39,262 nucleotides of DNA, from assembly GCA_046596625.1 (NCBI GenBank), contig JBKJMH010000008.1, forward strand, positions 1 to 39,262. Direction: 5' to 3'. The notes below the pieces were generated by a model, which was given only the letters and a program-made list of their open reading frames with translations, made no database searches and had not been told where the DNA came from. This stretch comes from Vicinamibacterales bacterium (GTDB lineage Bacteria > Acidobacteriota > Vicinamibacteria > Vicinamibacterales > CAVVIG01). A program made the position numbers and the translations under genes. This document shows, piece by piece, positions 30,265 through 39,262 of this stretch. Positions within the stretch are counted from its first letter, which is position 1; each line of letters opens with the position of its first letter.

Positions 30265-30924
30265 ATGCAGGCGTTGCGTCTACGCCTGCTGATCGTCGCG
30301 CTCATCGGGGTCGGGATCGTAGCTCGTCCCGTTGCCGCCCAGGACCCTCCACCCCGAATCGGGCCGTTCGTCGTCGATGTGCATGGCACCATGCCGCGTT
30401 TTCCTTCCGACGACAAACAACTGGCCGAGAGCCGCGGGGTGCTGTTGTCCGAACTGCCAGGTGCGGGTCTGGGTCTCCACCTCGGCGCGCACGTCTACCC
30501 GCTGCGCTGGAAGGTCGTCACGTTCGGGCTCGGCGCCGACGTGACGGGTGGCCGCGCGCACCACACCGCCACCGCGGTTGCCGCAAACCTCTTCGGCCGT
30601 GCGACGACCGAGCGCTTCACGCACATCGCGCCCCAGGTGTCGTTCAACTTCGGCGATGGTGACGGCTGGAGCTATATCAGCGGCGGCATCGGCACCTCGA
30701 CCTGGTCCGTTGTCCCAGACGCCTCGGCAGCCCAGGCTCCCGATACCGAGCACCTCACGACCATCAACTACGGCGGCGGCGCGCGCTGGTTCATGAAGCG
30801 TCACCTCGCGTTCAGCTTCGACGTCCGCTTCTACGCCATCGACCCGACCACACCGCTGCCGGGGCGGCCTTCAGGCCCTCGCACCACGCTGCTGTCCTTC
30901 GGCGCCGGCATTTCCCTCAAGTAG
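30265..30924 (+). CDS. Outer-membrane beta-barrel protein (small, OmpA/OmpW-like)
   Basis: Signal peptide; alternating amphipathic strands (SYISGGIG, INYGGGARWF, LAFSFDVRFY, LSFGAGISLK). Start is ATG 30265 or TTG 30274. Confidence 0.75.
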   Translation: MQALRLRLLIVALIGVGIVARPVAAQDPPPRIGPFVVDVHGTMPRFPSDDKQLAESRGVLLSELPGAGLGLHLGAHVYPLRWKVVTFGLGADVTGGRAHHTATAVAANLFGRATTERFTHIAPQVSFNFGDGDGWSYISGGIGTSTWSVVPDASAAQAPDTEHLTTINYGGGARWFMKRHLAFSFDVRFYAIDPTTPLPGRPSGPRTTLLSFGAGISLK

Positions 30925-30977
30925 TTTCAGCGGCGCCGCTGGAACACCAGCCCTCCCAATCGCGTAAAACTAGCTAG

Positions 30978-31331
30978 ATGGGCTGGCGACAGCCGTCGGC
31001 GAACTCCGGAGTTCGGTCGACGCGACTCGTGGGTGCCGGACTGGTTGTCGTGATCGCGAGTGGTGCCGGAGGTTACCTCCTGCTGCCGCTCGTCATCCGC
31101 GCCCTGGTCCGCGCGCTCACGCTGACAGTGAATGGATGCGTGTGGTTGGCGACCGCGATGAGCTCGGGCGCCGACCCCTGGACCATTCTGTCCGCCGTCG
31201 GGCGGGCAGCGGGCGACACCCTCGCCACTCGCGAGGCGTCGGGCCTGCTGCTGGCGCTGGCGGTGATTGGCGCGCTCGCGTTCTACTGGCTGCAGCGGCT
31301 GCTCGGTTCTGATGAGGAGTCTTCTCGATGA
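30978..31331 (+). CDS. Small hypothetical membrane protein (2-3 TM)
   Basis: 117 aa, hydrophobic; its stop overlaps the next start (ATGA), which suggests translational coupling. Confidence 0.7.
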   Translation: MGWRQPSANSGVRSTRLVGAGLVVVIASGAGGYLLLPLVIRALVRALTLTVNGCVWLATAMSSGADPWTILSAVGRAAGDTLATREASGLLLALAVIGALAFYWLQRLLGSDEESSR

Positions 31332-32683
31332 TGCGGATGGGCAGACTGAGCGCGTGTGTCGCGCTCGCAATCATGTGCGGCGTTCACGCCGCCTCGGGGC
31401 AGGACGGCCGCGACGAGGCGCTGCGACGCACGGTCGAGCACACCTTCGACGTGTTGCCGCTGCGCGACGGCATCGCGCTGCACCCGAAGCGGCCGATGAA
31501 CGGGATCCGCTCGGTGGAGATCACCGGCGGCACCATTGCCATCGACGGACAGCCCGCAACCGGGGCCGAGTTGCGCCAGAAGCTGGGGCCTGACGCCGAC
31601 CAGGTGCTTCAGCTCTCGTATCTCGGCGACGCCGCGCGCCGCGCACTGTTCGCAGCTGCTACACCGACGCCACCGGCCGCACCCGCTGCCACGCCGGCGC
31701 CCGTTGCCCCCGGCGTCGCGGCCGGGCCGGCCCCTCCTGACGCTCCGCCCGCGCCCCGTCGCCCCCGTCGCCCCACGTCCGATCGCCGTCATGGCGACCG
31801 CGTTCGCATCGGCGGCGACGTCACGATCGACCGCGACGAAGTGATTGATGGCGACGTCGTGGCAGTCGGCGGGACGGTGCACGTGAACGGCGAGGTGCAG
31901 GGCGACGTCGTGTCGGTCGGCGGCAACGTCACACTCGGGCCCGACTCGGTGATCGAGAAGAACGTCACGGTCGTCGGTGGACGCCTGATTCGCGAGGACG
32001 GCTCCGAGGTACGAGGCAAGTCGCAGGAGGTGAGCGTCCCTGGGCTCGAGTTCGGAAACTGGACCTGGCGTCGCAACCCGGTCGGGAATTGGTGGCGGAC
32101 GATGCTCGGCTCGGCGTTCGCGTTCGTTGCCACGCTCGCCCGCGTCGCGGTGCTGTGCCTGCTGGCGATGCTGGTCGTGCTCTTCGGCCGTGGCTACATG
32201 GAGCGTGCGGGCCAGGTGGCGGTCACCTCGTCGCTGAAGGCCGGCGCCGTCGGCGTCCTCGCTCAGCTCCTCTTCCTCCCGCTGCTGGTCATCACCATCG
32301 TCGTGCTGGTCATGACAATCATCGGCATTCCACTGCTGCTGCTCCTGCCCTTTGTCCTGCTGGGGCTGGCGGTGATTGGCCTGGTCGGTTTCACCAGCGT
32401 GGCGTACCGGGTGGGAGGTCTTGCGGTCGGTCGCTTCGGCGGGCCTGAACACAACCCCTACGCGGTGACGGCGATCGGTGTGCTGCTGCTGATGCTGCCT
32501 GTGCTGTTGTCGAGGGTGGCGAGCCTCGGCGGAGGCGTGCTGTTTCCGCTGGCGATGGTGCTGGGAATTGCCGGCGTGCTGGTCGAGTACGTGGCGTGGA
32601 CGGTGGGGTTTGGTGCGATGGCGCTGACGCACTTCCCGCGGAAGGGCGCCGAGCCGGCGAGCGAGCCGAACCCGGCGGTCTGA
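31328..32683 (+). CDS. Bactofilin-like (polymer-forming) beta-helix domain fused to a multi-TM C-terminal domain
   Basis: Signal peptide, Pro-rich linker, repeats IGGDVTI/DGDVVAVGGTVHVNGEVQGDVVSVGGNVTL, then about 5-6 TM helices including TIIGIPL. Confidence 0.82.
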   Translation: MMRMGRLSACVALAIMCGVHAASGQDGRDEALRRTVEHTFDVLPLRDGIALHPKRPMNGIRSVEITGGTIAIDGQPATGAELRQKLGPDADQVLQLSYLGDAARRALFAAATPTPPAAPAATPAPVAPGVAAGPAPPDAPPAPRRPRRPTSDRRHGDRVRIGGDVTIDRDEVIDGDVVAVGGTVHVNGEVQGDVVSVGGNVTLGPDSVIEKNVTVVGGRLIREDGSEVRGKSQEVSVPGLEFGNWTWRRNPVGNWWRTMLGSAFAFVATLARVAVLCLLAMLVVLFGRGYMERAGQVAVTSSLKAGAVGVLAQLLFLPLLVITIVVLVMTIIGIPLLLLLPFVLLGLAVIGLVGFTSVAYRVGGLAVGRFGGPEHNPYAVTAIGVLLLMLPVLLSRVASLGGGVLFPLAMVLGIAGVLVEYVAWTVGFGAMALTHFPRKGAEPASEPNPAV

Positions 32684-32688
32684 GCGAG

Positions 32689-32716
32689 TGCGGCGGACCA
32701 GAGGCGGTCCGCCGCA
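32689..32716. terminator. Hairpin between convergent genes (probable bidirectional terminator)
   Basis: Perfect 11-bp inverted repeat TGCGGCGGACC-AGAGGC-GGTCCGCCGCA, with no clear U-tract. Confidence 0.65.
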
Positions 32717-32725
32717 ACGACTGCG

Positions 32726-33277
32726 TTACTTTCTGGCCATCTTCATGGGCGTCTTGAGTTCGCCCAGCTTGGTCGCCATGTCTTCGGCCGACGTGGCCAG
32801 GCGCGTCGCGACGTCCTTGTCGATCGCCTGAATCTTGCCGTCCTTGCCGATGTAGAACGTCCAGCGGTTAGCGTAGCCGCGCTCGGCCAGCACGCCGTAC
32901 GCCTTGGCCGTTTCCTTCGTCGGGTCGCTCAGCAGCGGGAAGTCCGCCTTGTGGGCCTCGGCAAACGCCTTGTTGCCCTGCGCGCCGTCGAGTGCGTCAA
33001 CGCTCGCCATGAAGTACGACACGTCGTATCTCTTGATGAGGTGACCGTTCTCCGCCAGCGACTTGCACTCGATGGTGCAGCCCTGGGTGAACGCCTTCGG
33101 GAACCAGGCCAGCACGATCGACTGCTTGCCCTTGAAGTCGGACAGCTTGTAGGTCTTGCCGTCAGTCGCCTGCAGCGCGAAGTCGGGCGCCTGATCGCCC
33201 ACCTTCAGGTCCGCCGCCATCGCCGGTGCGGCTGCCAGCCCGGCCACCACCGCCATTGCAAACACCAGTGCTTTCAT
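32726..33277 (-). CDS. Peroxiredoxin (Bcp/PrxQ family) with a signal peptide
   Basis: [22 protein letters not shown] (PxxxTxxC), FPLLSD and [10 protein letters not shown]; GGAGG SD. Confidence 0.92.
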   Translation of the reverse strand: MKALVFAMAVVAGLAAAPAMAADLKVGDQAPDFALQATDGKTYKLSDFKGKQSIVLAWFPKAFTQGCTIECKSLAENGHLIKRYDVSYFMASVDALDGAQGNKAFAEAHKADFPLLSDPTKETAKAYGVLAERGYANRWTFYIGKDGKIQAIDKDVATRLATSAEDMATKLGELKTPMKMARK

Positions 33278-33333
33278 TCATCCTCCTGAACCGAGAGTTG
33301 GCCATCTTCCCCCGTGAGTCATCAAGACGCTGG

Positions 33334-34836
33334 TCAGGAGCCCGAGGATCCCGTTTCCCACGACTTCGCCCGTTCAACAGCGGCGGACCAGCGCTGACGC
33401 AGGGCCCTCGAGGCGGCAGGTGAACTGGCCGGTTCGAAGCGGCGGTCGACCCGCCACTGCCCGACGAGCTCGCTCGATGACCGCCAGAACCCGACGCCGA
33501 GCCCAGCCAGGTAGGCCGCGCCGAGCGCGGTCGTTTCCGTGACTGCCGGACGAACGACCGGGACGCCGAGCAGGTCGGCCTGAATCTGCATCAGCGTGTT
33601 GTTGGCGGCGGCGCCGCCGTCCACGCGCAGCTCCGTGGCGGGGATGCCGCAGTCGGCAGCCATGGCGTCGAGCAGGTCGGCCACCTGGAACGCGATGCTC
33701 TCGAGCGCGGCGCGCGCGAGGTGACCGGCTGTCGTGCCGCGCGTGAGACCGACGATGGCGCCGCGGGCGAACGGATCCCAGTGCGGCGCGCCCAGCCCTG
33801 CGAACGCCGGCACGAAATAGACGCCGCCGTTGTCCGGCACCGAGAGTGCCAGCGCTTCCACGTCTGCCGCGGTGCGGATCAGGCCGAGGCCATCGCGCAG
33901 CCACTGCACCACCGCGCCGCCGATGAACACGCTGCCCTCGAGCGCGTACTCGGTCCGGCCATCGATCTGCCAGGCCACGGTCGTCACCAGTTGGTGCCGC
34001 GACGGTGTCGGCGACGTACCGATGTTCTGCAGCAGGAAGCAGCCGGTGCCGTAGGTGTTCTTCGACATGCCGGGCGTGCGGCACATCTGGCCGAAGAGCG
34101 CCGACTGCTGGTCGCCGGCGACGCCGGCAATCGGCACCTGACCGATGCCGAGTGCGGTCGACGTTTCGCCGTAGACACCGCTGGAGGGGCGCACGGCCGG
34201 CAGCATCGAGGCCGGCACGCCGAACAGCGCCAGCAGTTCGGTGTCCCACTGCAGCGTGTGGATGTCGAACAGCATGGTGCGCGACGCGTTGCTGACGTCG
34301 GTGACATGCTGGCGTCCACCCGTGAGCTTCCAGATCAGCCACGTGTCGATGGTGCCGAAGGCCAGCTGCCCGGCCTCGGCGCGCGCGCGGGCGCCGTCGA
34401 CGTGATCGAGGATCCACCGGATCTTGCTGGCGGAGAAGTAGGCATCGATGAGCAGGCCGGTCTTCTGCTGCACCAGCGTGCCGGCGCCGTCGGCCTTCAA
34501 GCGTTCGCAGAACTCCGCGGTGCGGCGGTCCTGCCAGACGATGGCGTTGTAGAGCGGCTCGCCGGTGGTGCGGTCCCAGACCACCGTCGTCTCGCGCTGG
34601 TTCGTGATGCCGATGGCGGCAATGTCTGTCGACGTCAGCGCGGCGCGTCCCATCGCTTCGATGGCCACGCCGATTTGTGACGCCCAGATTTCGTTCGGGT
34701 CGTGCTCCACCCAGCCGGGCCTGGGGAAGATCTGGGTGAACTCCTTCTGGGCAACCGCCTTGATGCTGCCGTCGCTGGAGAAGACGATCGCACGCGAGCT
34801 GGTGGTGCCTTGGTCAAGCGCAAGGATGTAGGGCAT
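33334..34836 (-). CDS. glpK: Glycerol kinase
   Basis: [44 protein letters not shown] and ALEGSVF. ATG 34836 gives 500 aa. Confidence 0.97.
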   Translation of the reverse strand: MPYILALDQGTTSSRAIVFSSDGSIKAVAQKEFTQIFPRPGWVEHDPNEIWASQIGVAIEAMGRAALTSTDIAAIGITNQRETTVVWDRTTGEPLYNAIVWQDRRTAEFCERLKADGAGTLVQQKTGLLIDAYFSASKIRWILDHVDGARARAEAGQLAFGTIDTWLIWKLTGGRQHVTDVSNASRTMLFDIHTLQWDTELLALFGVPASMLPAVRPSSGVYGETSTALGIGQVPIAGVAGDQQSALFGQMCRTPGMSKNTYGTGCFLLQNIGTSPTPSRHQLVTTVAWQIDGRTEYALEGSVFIGGAVVQWLRDGLGLIRTAADVEALALSVPDNGGVYFVPAFAGLGAPHWDPFARGAIVGLTRGTTAGHLARAALESIAFQVADLLDAMAADCGIPATELRVDGGAAANNTLMQIQADLLGVPVVRPAVTETTALGAAYLAGLGVGFWRSSSELVGQWRVDRRFEPASSPAASRALRQRWSAAVERAKSWETGSSGS

Positions 34837-34844
34837 GACGGAAG

Positions 34845-34854
34845 AGTCTACAAT
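34845..34854. promoter_or_regulatory. Overlapping back-to-back -10 boxes (bidirectional promoter) for glpK and glpF
   Basis: AGTCTACAAT reads TAGACT on the minus strand (34845-34850) and TACAAT on the plus strand (34849-34854), in a 46-bp intergenic gap. Confidence 0.65.
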
Positions 34855-34882
34855 GGCCACCTTTCCGACGGAGGGAGCGCAC

Positions 34883-35677
34883 ATGTTACGTGGGTTGGGT
34901 CGCGAGATGCTCGCGGAGTTTCTGGGTACGACGGTGCTGCTGACATTCGGTCTCGGCGTCGTCGCCCAGACGGTGCTCAGCAAGCAGACGGCAGGGTCGA
35001 TGCTGTCGATCAACATCTGCTGGGGTATCGCGGTGATGATGGGGTGCTACGTGTCGGCCGGCGTGACCGGCGCGCACCTGAATCCGGCTGTGACGGTGGC
35101 GCTCGCAGTGCACCGCCGCTTTCCGTGGGCGAAGGTCGGCCCGTATGTGGCCGCGCAGTTGGTCGCTGCGCTGGTGGCGTCGCTCGTCGTGTTCCTCTCG
35201 TATCACGACTCGCTGGCGGCGTTCGACGGCGGCCTGCGTCAGGTGAGCGGTGAATTCGGCACCGCGGGCATCTTCGCCACTTATCCCCAGCCGTTCACCA
35301 CCATCCCGGTCGGTTTCCTCAACGAGGCGGTCGGCTCGGCGCTGCTGATGGGGGTGATTCTCGGCATCACCGATTCGCGCAATTCGCCGGCGCCGAACGG
35401 GCTGGCCCCGGTGCTCGTCGGGCTGCTGGTGATGGCCATCGGCGCCAGTTTCGGCTGGAACACTGGCTATGCCATCAATCCGGCGCGCGACTTCGGACCG
35501 CGCCTGTTCACCGCCGTTGCGGGGTGGGGCGGGGGCGTGTTCAGCGCCGCCAACGGTTGGTGGTGGGTGCCGATCGTGGCGCCCTGTGTCGGGGCGGTGG
35601 CCGGCGGATGGGTGTATGACGTGTGTGTGGGCCACCGGTTTCCGGAGGCTCAGGTCGTGAACAGGGAAGCGGTGTAA
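34883..35677 (+). CDS. glpF: Glycerol uptake facilitator (MIP aquaglyceroporin)
   Basis: GAHLNPAVT and [13 protein letters not shown] (NPARD marks the glyceroporin type), GIFATYP; ATG 34883 with a GGAGG SD. Confidence 0.95.
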   Translation: MLRGLGREMLAEFLGTTVLLTFGLGVVAQTVLSKQTAGSMLSINICWGIAVMMGCYVSAGVTGAHLNPAVTVALAVHRRFPWAKVGPYVAAQLVAALVASLVVFLSYHDSLAAFDGGLRQVSGEFGTAGIFATYPQPFTTIPVGFLNEAVGSALLMGVILGITDSRNSPAPNGLAPVLVGLLVMAIGASFGWNTGYAINPARDFGPRLFTAVAGWGGGVFSAANGWWWVPIVAPCVGAVAGGWVYDVCVGHRFPEAQVVNREAV

Positions 35678-35685
35678 GGAGCGTC

Positions 35686-36537
35686 ATGTCGCGTATCGCG
35701 TTTCTCGGGACGGGGTTGTTGGGCAGCGGCATGGGGGAGTCGATGCTCCGCCGTGGGCTGTCGGTGACGGTGTGGAATCGGACGCGCGCGAAAGCGCAGG
35801 CGCTTGCCGCGCACGGCGCGACGGTTGCGGAGACGCCCGAGCAGGCCATCACCGGCGCCGACGAGATTCACCTGATCGTCTCTGACGACGCAGCGGTGGA
35901 TGCGCTGCTCGAACGGATCGCGCCGCACGTGCCGGCGGACGCCACGGTCATCGACCACACGACGACGTCGCCTGCCGGGACGAAGGCGCGGCTCGAGCGC
36001 GCGGCGGCCCTGGGGATGGCCTTCCTGCATGCGCCGGTGTTCATGGGGCCGGCCATGGCGCGCGAGTCGAAGGGGCTGATGATGGTGTCGGGGGCGCAGG
36101 CCTCCTTCGACCGCGTCCAGGCGTCGCTGGCCGGCATGACCGGCGATCTGTGGTACCTCGGCGAACGCGAGGAGCTCGCAGCGGCCTTGAAGCTGTTCGG
36201 CAACTCGATGCTGTTCGCCATGACCGGCGGCATTGCCGACATCCTCGCCATGGCGAAGACACTCGACGTGTCGCCCGTCGAGGCGATGAGCGTCTTCACG
36301 CGCTTCAATGCCGGCGCGGCTATCGGTCCGCGCGCGCAGAAGATCGCGAATGGCGACTTCAGCGCGAGCTTCGAGTTGACGATGGCGCGGAAGGACATGC
36401 GGCTGATGCTCGACGCCGCGGGCGCCGAGCCGCTGGTATCGCTGCCATCCATCGCGCAGCGCATGGACGAGGCGATTGCGGCCGGGCACGGCAAGGACGA
36501 CCTCGGCGCTATCGCGGCATCGAGCCTGAAGCGCTAG
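35686..36537 (+). CDS. NAD(P)-dependent beta-hydroxyacid dehydrogenase (3-hydroxyisobutyrate / tartronate semialdehyde reductase family)
   Basis: GTGLLG Rossmann motif, WNRT, APVFMG, catalytic Lys in LKLFGN, and ARKDMRL; TAAGGAG SD. Confidence 0.9.
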   Translation: MSRIAFLGTGLLGSGMGESMLRRGLSVTVWNRTRAKAQALAAHGATVAETPEQAITGADEIHLIVSDDAAVDALLERIAPHVPADATVIDHTTTSPAGTKARLERAAALGMAFLHAPVFMGPAMARESKGLMMVSGAQASFDRVQASLAGMTGDLWYLGEREELAAALKLFGNSMLFAMTGGIADILAMAKTLDVSPVEAMSVFTRFNAGAAIGPRAQKIANGDFSASFELTMARKDMRLMLDAAGAEPLVSLPSIAQRMDEAIAAGHGKDDLGAIAASSLKR

Positions 36538-36552
36538 GGCGGTCCCGCCCGC

Positions 36553-37389
36553 TCAGTGCGTCATCGCGTAGAGCACCGCGTTCACGCCGATGGCGTAGCC
36601 GCGAGGCGAGAACAAGTCGAAGTACTCGGGACTCTCGGCCTCGCGCTCCCAGGTGTCAGCGACGTCGGTGTTGTGCGTCATGAACACCATCAGCCGCCCC
36701 TTCGCGTCCTGAATACCACGATAGTGCGGTTGTGCGCTGTCGTAGCCGCGTTCAGACGTCGAGCCGCCGTTGCTGTACCAGAACTGGATCGACGGCACCT
36801 GCAGGTAGTCCTTCACGTCGTACAGCGTGTGCATGATCGGGTGCGCGAGCGGCAGGTCGATGATCGGAAACTCGGCGGGCGACAGGACGCGCGCAATCTG
36901 CTGCGCCCACTGGTCCCACGCGTCGCTACCCCAATAGTCGTCCACCCAGAGGAACCCACCCTTGAGAAAATAGGCGCGCAGCGCCTGCACTTCAGCGTCG
37001 GAGAACTCGGCGGTGCCCACGTCCTCCATAAAGAGGATGGGGCACTTGAAGAGCAGCGGGTCGGTCAGCGACACGACGCCGTAATTCGGCTGGCGGTTTT
37101 CGTTGAGCTTCACCTGCATGCGGGTGAGCTCGGCCAGCCGGACGGAGAAGTTGTTGTCGGCTCCGGGGTAGTCGGTGCTCCAGCCCTGACCGCCCGGTTC
37201 CCTCATGACGCTGGTGTAGAAACCGCGGCAGTAGAGGAAGGATCCGTCGAAGTCGGAGGCTTTCACCCACTTTGGCGGTTCGCGCGAGAAGCGGCCGCCA
37301 CCGGTCCAGAGTCGCTGGGCAAAGCCGGCCGAAGCAGTGGCCAGGGCCAGCAGCGCGAGGCACACGGCCAGCCGCGTGACCCGCCTCAC
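36553..37389 (-). CDS. DUF4159 domain secreted protein
   Basis: Signal peptide, WSTDYPGAD, LRAYFLKGGFLWVDD, HPI, HNTDVADTWE and GVNAVLYAMTH, typical of DUF4159. Confidence 0.85.
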   Translation of the reverse strand: MRRVTRLAVCLALLALATASAGFAQRLWTGGGRFSREPPKWVKASDFDGSFLYCRGFYTSVMREPGGQGWSTDYPGADNNFSVRLAELTRMQVKLNENRQPNYGVVSLTDPLLFKCPILFMEDVGTAEFSDAEVQALRAYFLKGGFLWVDDYWGSDAWDQWAQQIARVLSPAEFPIIDLPLAHPIMHTLYDVKDYLQVPSIQFWYSNGGSTSERGYDSAQPHYRGIQDAKGRLMVFMTHNTDVADTWEREAESPEYFDLFSPRGYAIGVNAVLYAMTH

Positions 37390-37515
37390 GACCGTGCTCC
37401 CCGTCGCCGTGCGAGGTGGTCCGCGCGCATGGTGCCAGTATGGGGAGAGCCTCGCGGAGGATCAAGCGCGAATCGAGCCTGTCCGCCAACCGCCGGCCGT
37501 TGTAGGCTGTAGGCC

Positions 37516-38379
37516 ATGCGCCGTCTCGCCGCATCTCTCGCACTGCTCGTCGGAGTCCTGCCGGTGGCTACCTCGGCCCAGAAGGCGCCGTCTGTCGACG
37601 TGTCGGCGACGGTCACCAGTGTTGCCGCCTACGTGCGGAACTACTTCGCGCGCGCGCAGAGCATCATCTGCGACGAGACCGTGCGCGTGCAGTCGCTCGG
37701 CTACGACCTGATGGGCGATCAGTCGCCGGGGCGTACGCTCCGACATGAGCTGCGCGTCTCGTGGGAGCCCGGACCGGACGGCGGCCTCGCCCCACCGCAG
37801 GTGCTTCGCACGCTGGTCAGCGTCAACGGCCGGCGCCCGCGCGAGCGCGATCGCGACAAGTGCTTCGATCCGCAGGCGACGTCGCCGGAGGTGCTGGGCA
37901 TCTTCCTGCCCGAGAATCAGGCGCAGCTCACCTTCAAGTCGGCGGGACGCGGCAAGAGCAACGGCCGCGCGGCAGTGTTGATTGATGTGATCGACCGCGA
38001 GGACGGTCCCGTGAAGGTGGAGACGAACGAGAACTGCGTGCGCTTCGGGAAACCCGGAGGGTCGTGGTGGCGCGCCTGGATCGACGCCGAGACCTACGCC
38101 ATCCTCCGGCTCGACGAGCACCTCTCGCGCCCGTTCGACGCCACCATTCCGGCCGACCGCAAGCTCGGGACGCCACGCATCGACGCCGTCATCGAGCGCG
38201 TCGACACGTCGATTACCTATCGCGCGGTGCGCTTCGCCGATCCGGAGGAGAGCGTGCTGCTCCCGGCGTCCAAGGACACCGTCCAGGTGATCCGCAATTC
38301 GCCCAGCCCGCGGATGCGTACCAGCTACACCTACCGGAACTACCGGCGCTTCATGACCAGCGGACGCATTGTTCAGTAA
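37516..38379 (+). CDS. Secreted hypothetical beta-rich protein
   Basis: Signal peptide ending ATSA-Q; WIDAETYAILRL and LLP...YRNYRRF resemble LolA/MucB-like-fold proteins common in Acidobacteria. Confidence 0.78.
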   Translation: MRRLAASLALLVGVLPVATSAQKAPSVDVSATVTSVAAYVRNYFARAQSIICDETVRVQSLGYDLMGDQSPGRTLRHELRVSWEPGPDGGLAPPQVLRTLVSVNGRRPRERDRDKCFDPQATSPEVLGIFLPENQAQLTFKSAGRGKSNGRAAVLIDVIDREDGPVKVETNENCVRFGKPGGSWWRAWIDAETYAILRLDEHLSRPFDATIPADRKLGTPRIDAVIERVDTSITYRAVRFADPEESVLLPASKDTVQVIRNSPSPRMRTSYTYRNYRRFMTSGRIVQ

Positions 38380-38436
38380 GAGATCCGGCGCAGCGGACAG
38401 TAGGGTAAAGTTGCGCCCGTCGATGCGAGTGTATCT

Positions 38437-39262
38437 GTGAGCCAACGGATCTTCTTCCCGTCGTTCCTGAGCGAACTCCGTGCCGCCACGCGGCTGCTGG
38501 TTGTCGACGACGTGCCGCAGAACCGCACGCTGCTCGAGCGCATGCTGACCGCGGAGGGCTACAGCGTGGCGTCCGCGGCCGACGGGGCGATGGCGCTGCG
38601 CATGGTGGAGGCAGAGGCACCGGACCTGATCGTGTCCGACATCGACATGCCGAACCTGAACGGCGTCGAATTGTGTCGTCGCGTAAAGGAGAACCCGGCG
38701 ACGCGTCTCGTGCCGTTCATCCTGATCACCGGTCTCGCCGACCGCACCAACCGCATCGCCGGCATCGAAGCCGGAGCTGACGACTTCCTGGGCAAGCCGT
38801 TCGACAGCCAGGAACTGAAGGCGCGCGTCCGGTCGCTGCTGCGCCTGAAGCGCTACACCGACGAACTCGACTCGGCCGAATCGGTCATCCTGAGCCTCGC
38901 GCTGACCGTCGAGGCGCGCGATCCCTACACGCGCGGCCACTGCCAGCGGCTTGCGGCGTATGCCGTGCTCGTCGGCGAGCGCATCGGCGCCTCCGACGAA
39001 CAACTGTCGGCACTGCATCGCGGCGGCTACCTGCACGACGTCGGCAAGATTGGCGTGCCGGATGCGGTGTTGTTCAAGCCGTCCGGGCTGACCCAGGACG
39101 AGTACGAGGTGCTGAAGCGCCACACGGTGATCGGCGACCGCCTGTGCGGCGACCTGCGCGCGTTGTCGCTGGTGCGTCCGATCGTGCGGTCGCATCACGA
39201 GCGGCTGGATGGCAGCGGCTACCCGGACGGGTTGCGGGGCGATGCGGTGCCGTTGCTGGCGC
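38437..39262 (+). CDS. RpfG-family response regulator (REC + HD-GYP c-di-GMP phosphodiesterase), truncated at the window edge
   Basis: Manual translation from GTG 38437: LLVVDDVPQNR, DLIVSDIDMP, DFLGKPF, EARDPYTRGHCQR, LHDVGKIGVPD and HHERLDGSGYPDGL. Confidence 0.95.
   Translation, partial: MSQRIFFPSFLSELRAATRLLVVDDVPQNRTLLERMLTAEGYSVASAADGAMALRMVEAEAPDLIVSDIDMPNLNGVELCRRVKENPATRLVPFILITGLADRTNRIAGIEAGADDFLGKPFDSQELKARVRSLLRLKRYTDELDSAESVILSLALTVEARDPYTRGHCQRLAAYAVLVGERIGASDEQLSALHRGGYLHDVGKIGVPDAVLFKPSGLTQDEYEVLKRHTVIGDRLCGDLRALSLVRPIVRSHHERLDGSGYPDGLRGDAVPLLA

Noticed and set aside
36537-36550. GGGCGG-TC-CCGCCC mini-hairpin between convergent genes
   Set aside because: It is too short and lacks a U-tract, so it cannot be called a terminator with confidence.

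Overview
A high-GC, gene-dense bacterial chromosomal window. It is probably Acidobacteriota (Vicinamibacteria-like), inferred from the acidobacterial VWA protein, DUF4159 and many secreted hypotheticals. Bases 1-11430 hold the conserved minus-strand translation cluster rimO / rimP-nusA-infB-rbfA-nrnA(DHH)-truB-rpsO-pnp, with pnp truncated at the left edge. Next come a cation:proton antiporter paired with an apparently catalytically dead HtrA/PDZ protein, asnS, and an M24 peptidase-degP-MidA-type methyltransferase-CYTH-murU-amgK run. The right half encodes a VWA protein, a Cache-HAMP adenylate cyclase, several hypotheticals (one with a 4-Cys zinc site), a YbhB/YbcL protein, alpha-glucan phosphorylase, a beta-barrel, a bactofilin-like membrane protein, a peroxiredoxin, divergent glpK / glpF-beta-hydroxyacid dehydrogenase, DUF4159 and a truncated REC-HD-GYP regulator. 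I saw no tRNA, rRNA, CRISPR array, transposase, integrase or known defence system. The best leads are the pseudo-protease/antiporter pair, a recurring leaderless -10 promoter architecture, a 20-His segment in IF2, degenerate heptamer microarrays, and several uncharacterised proteins. All calls are by eye from motifs; no searches were run.
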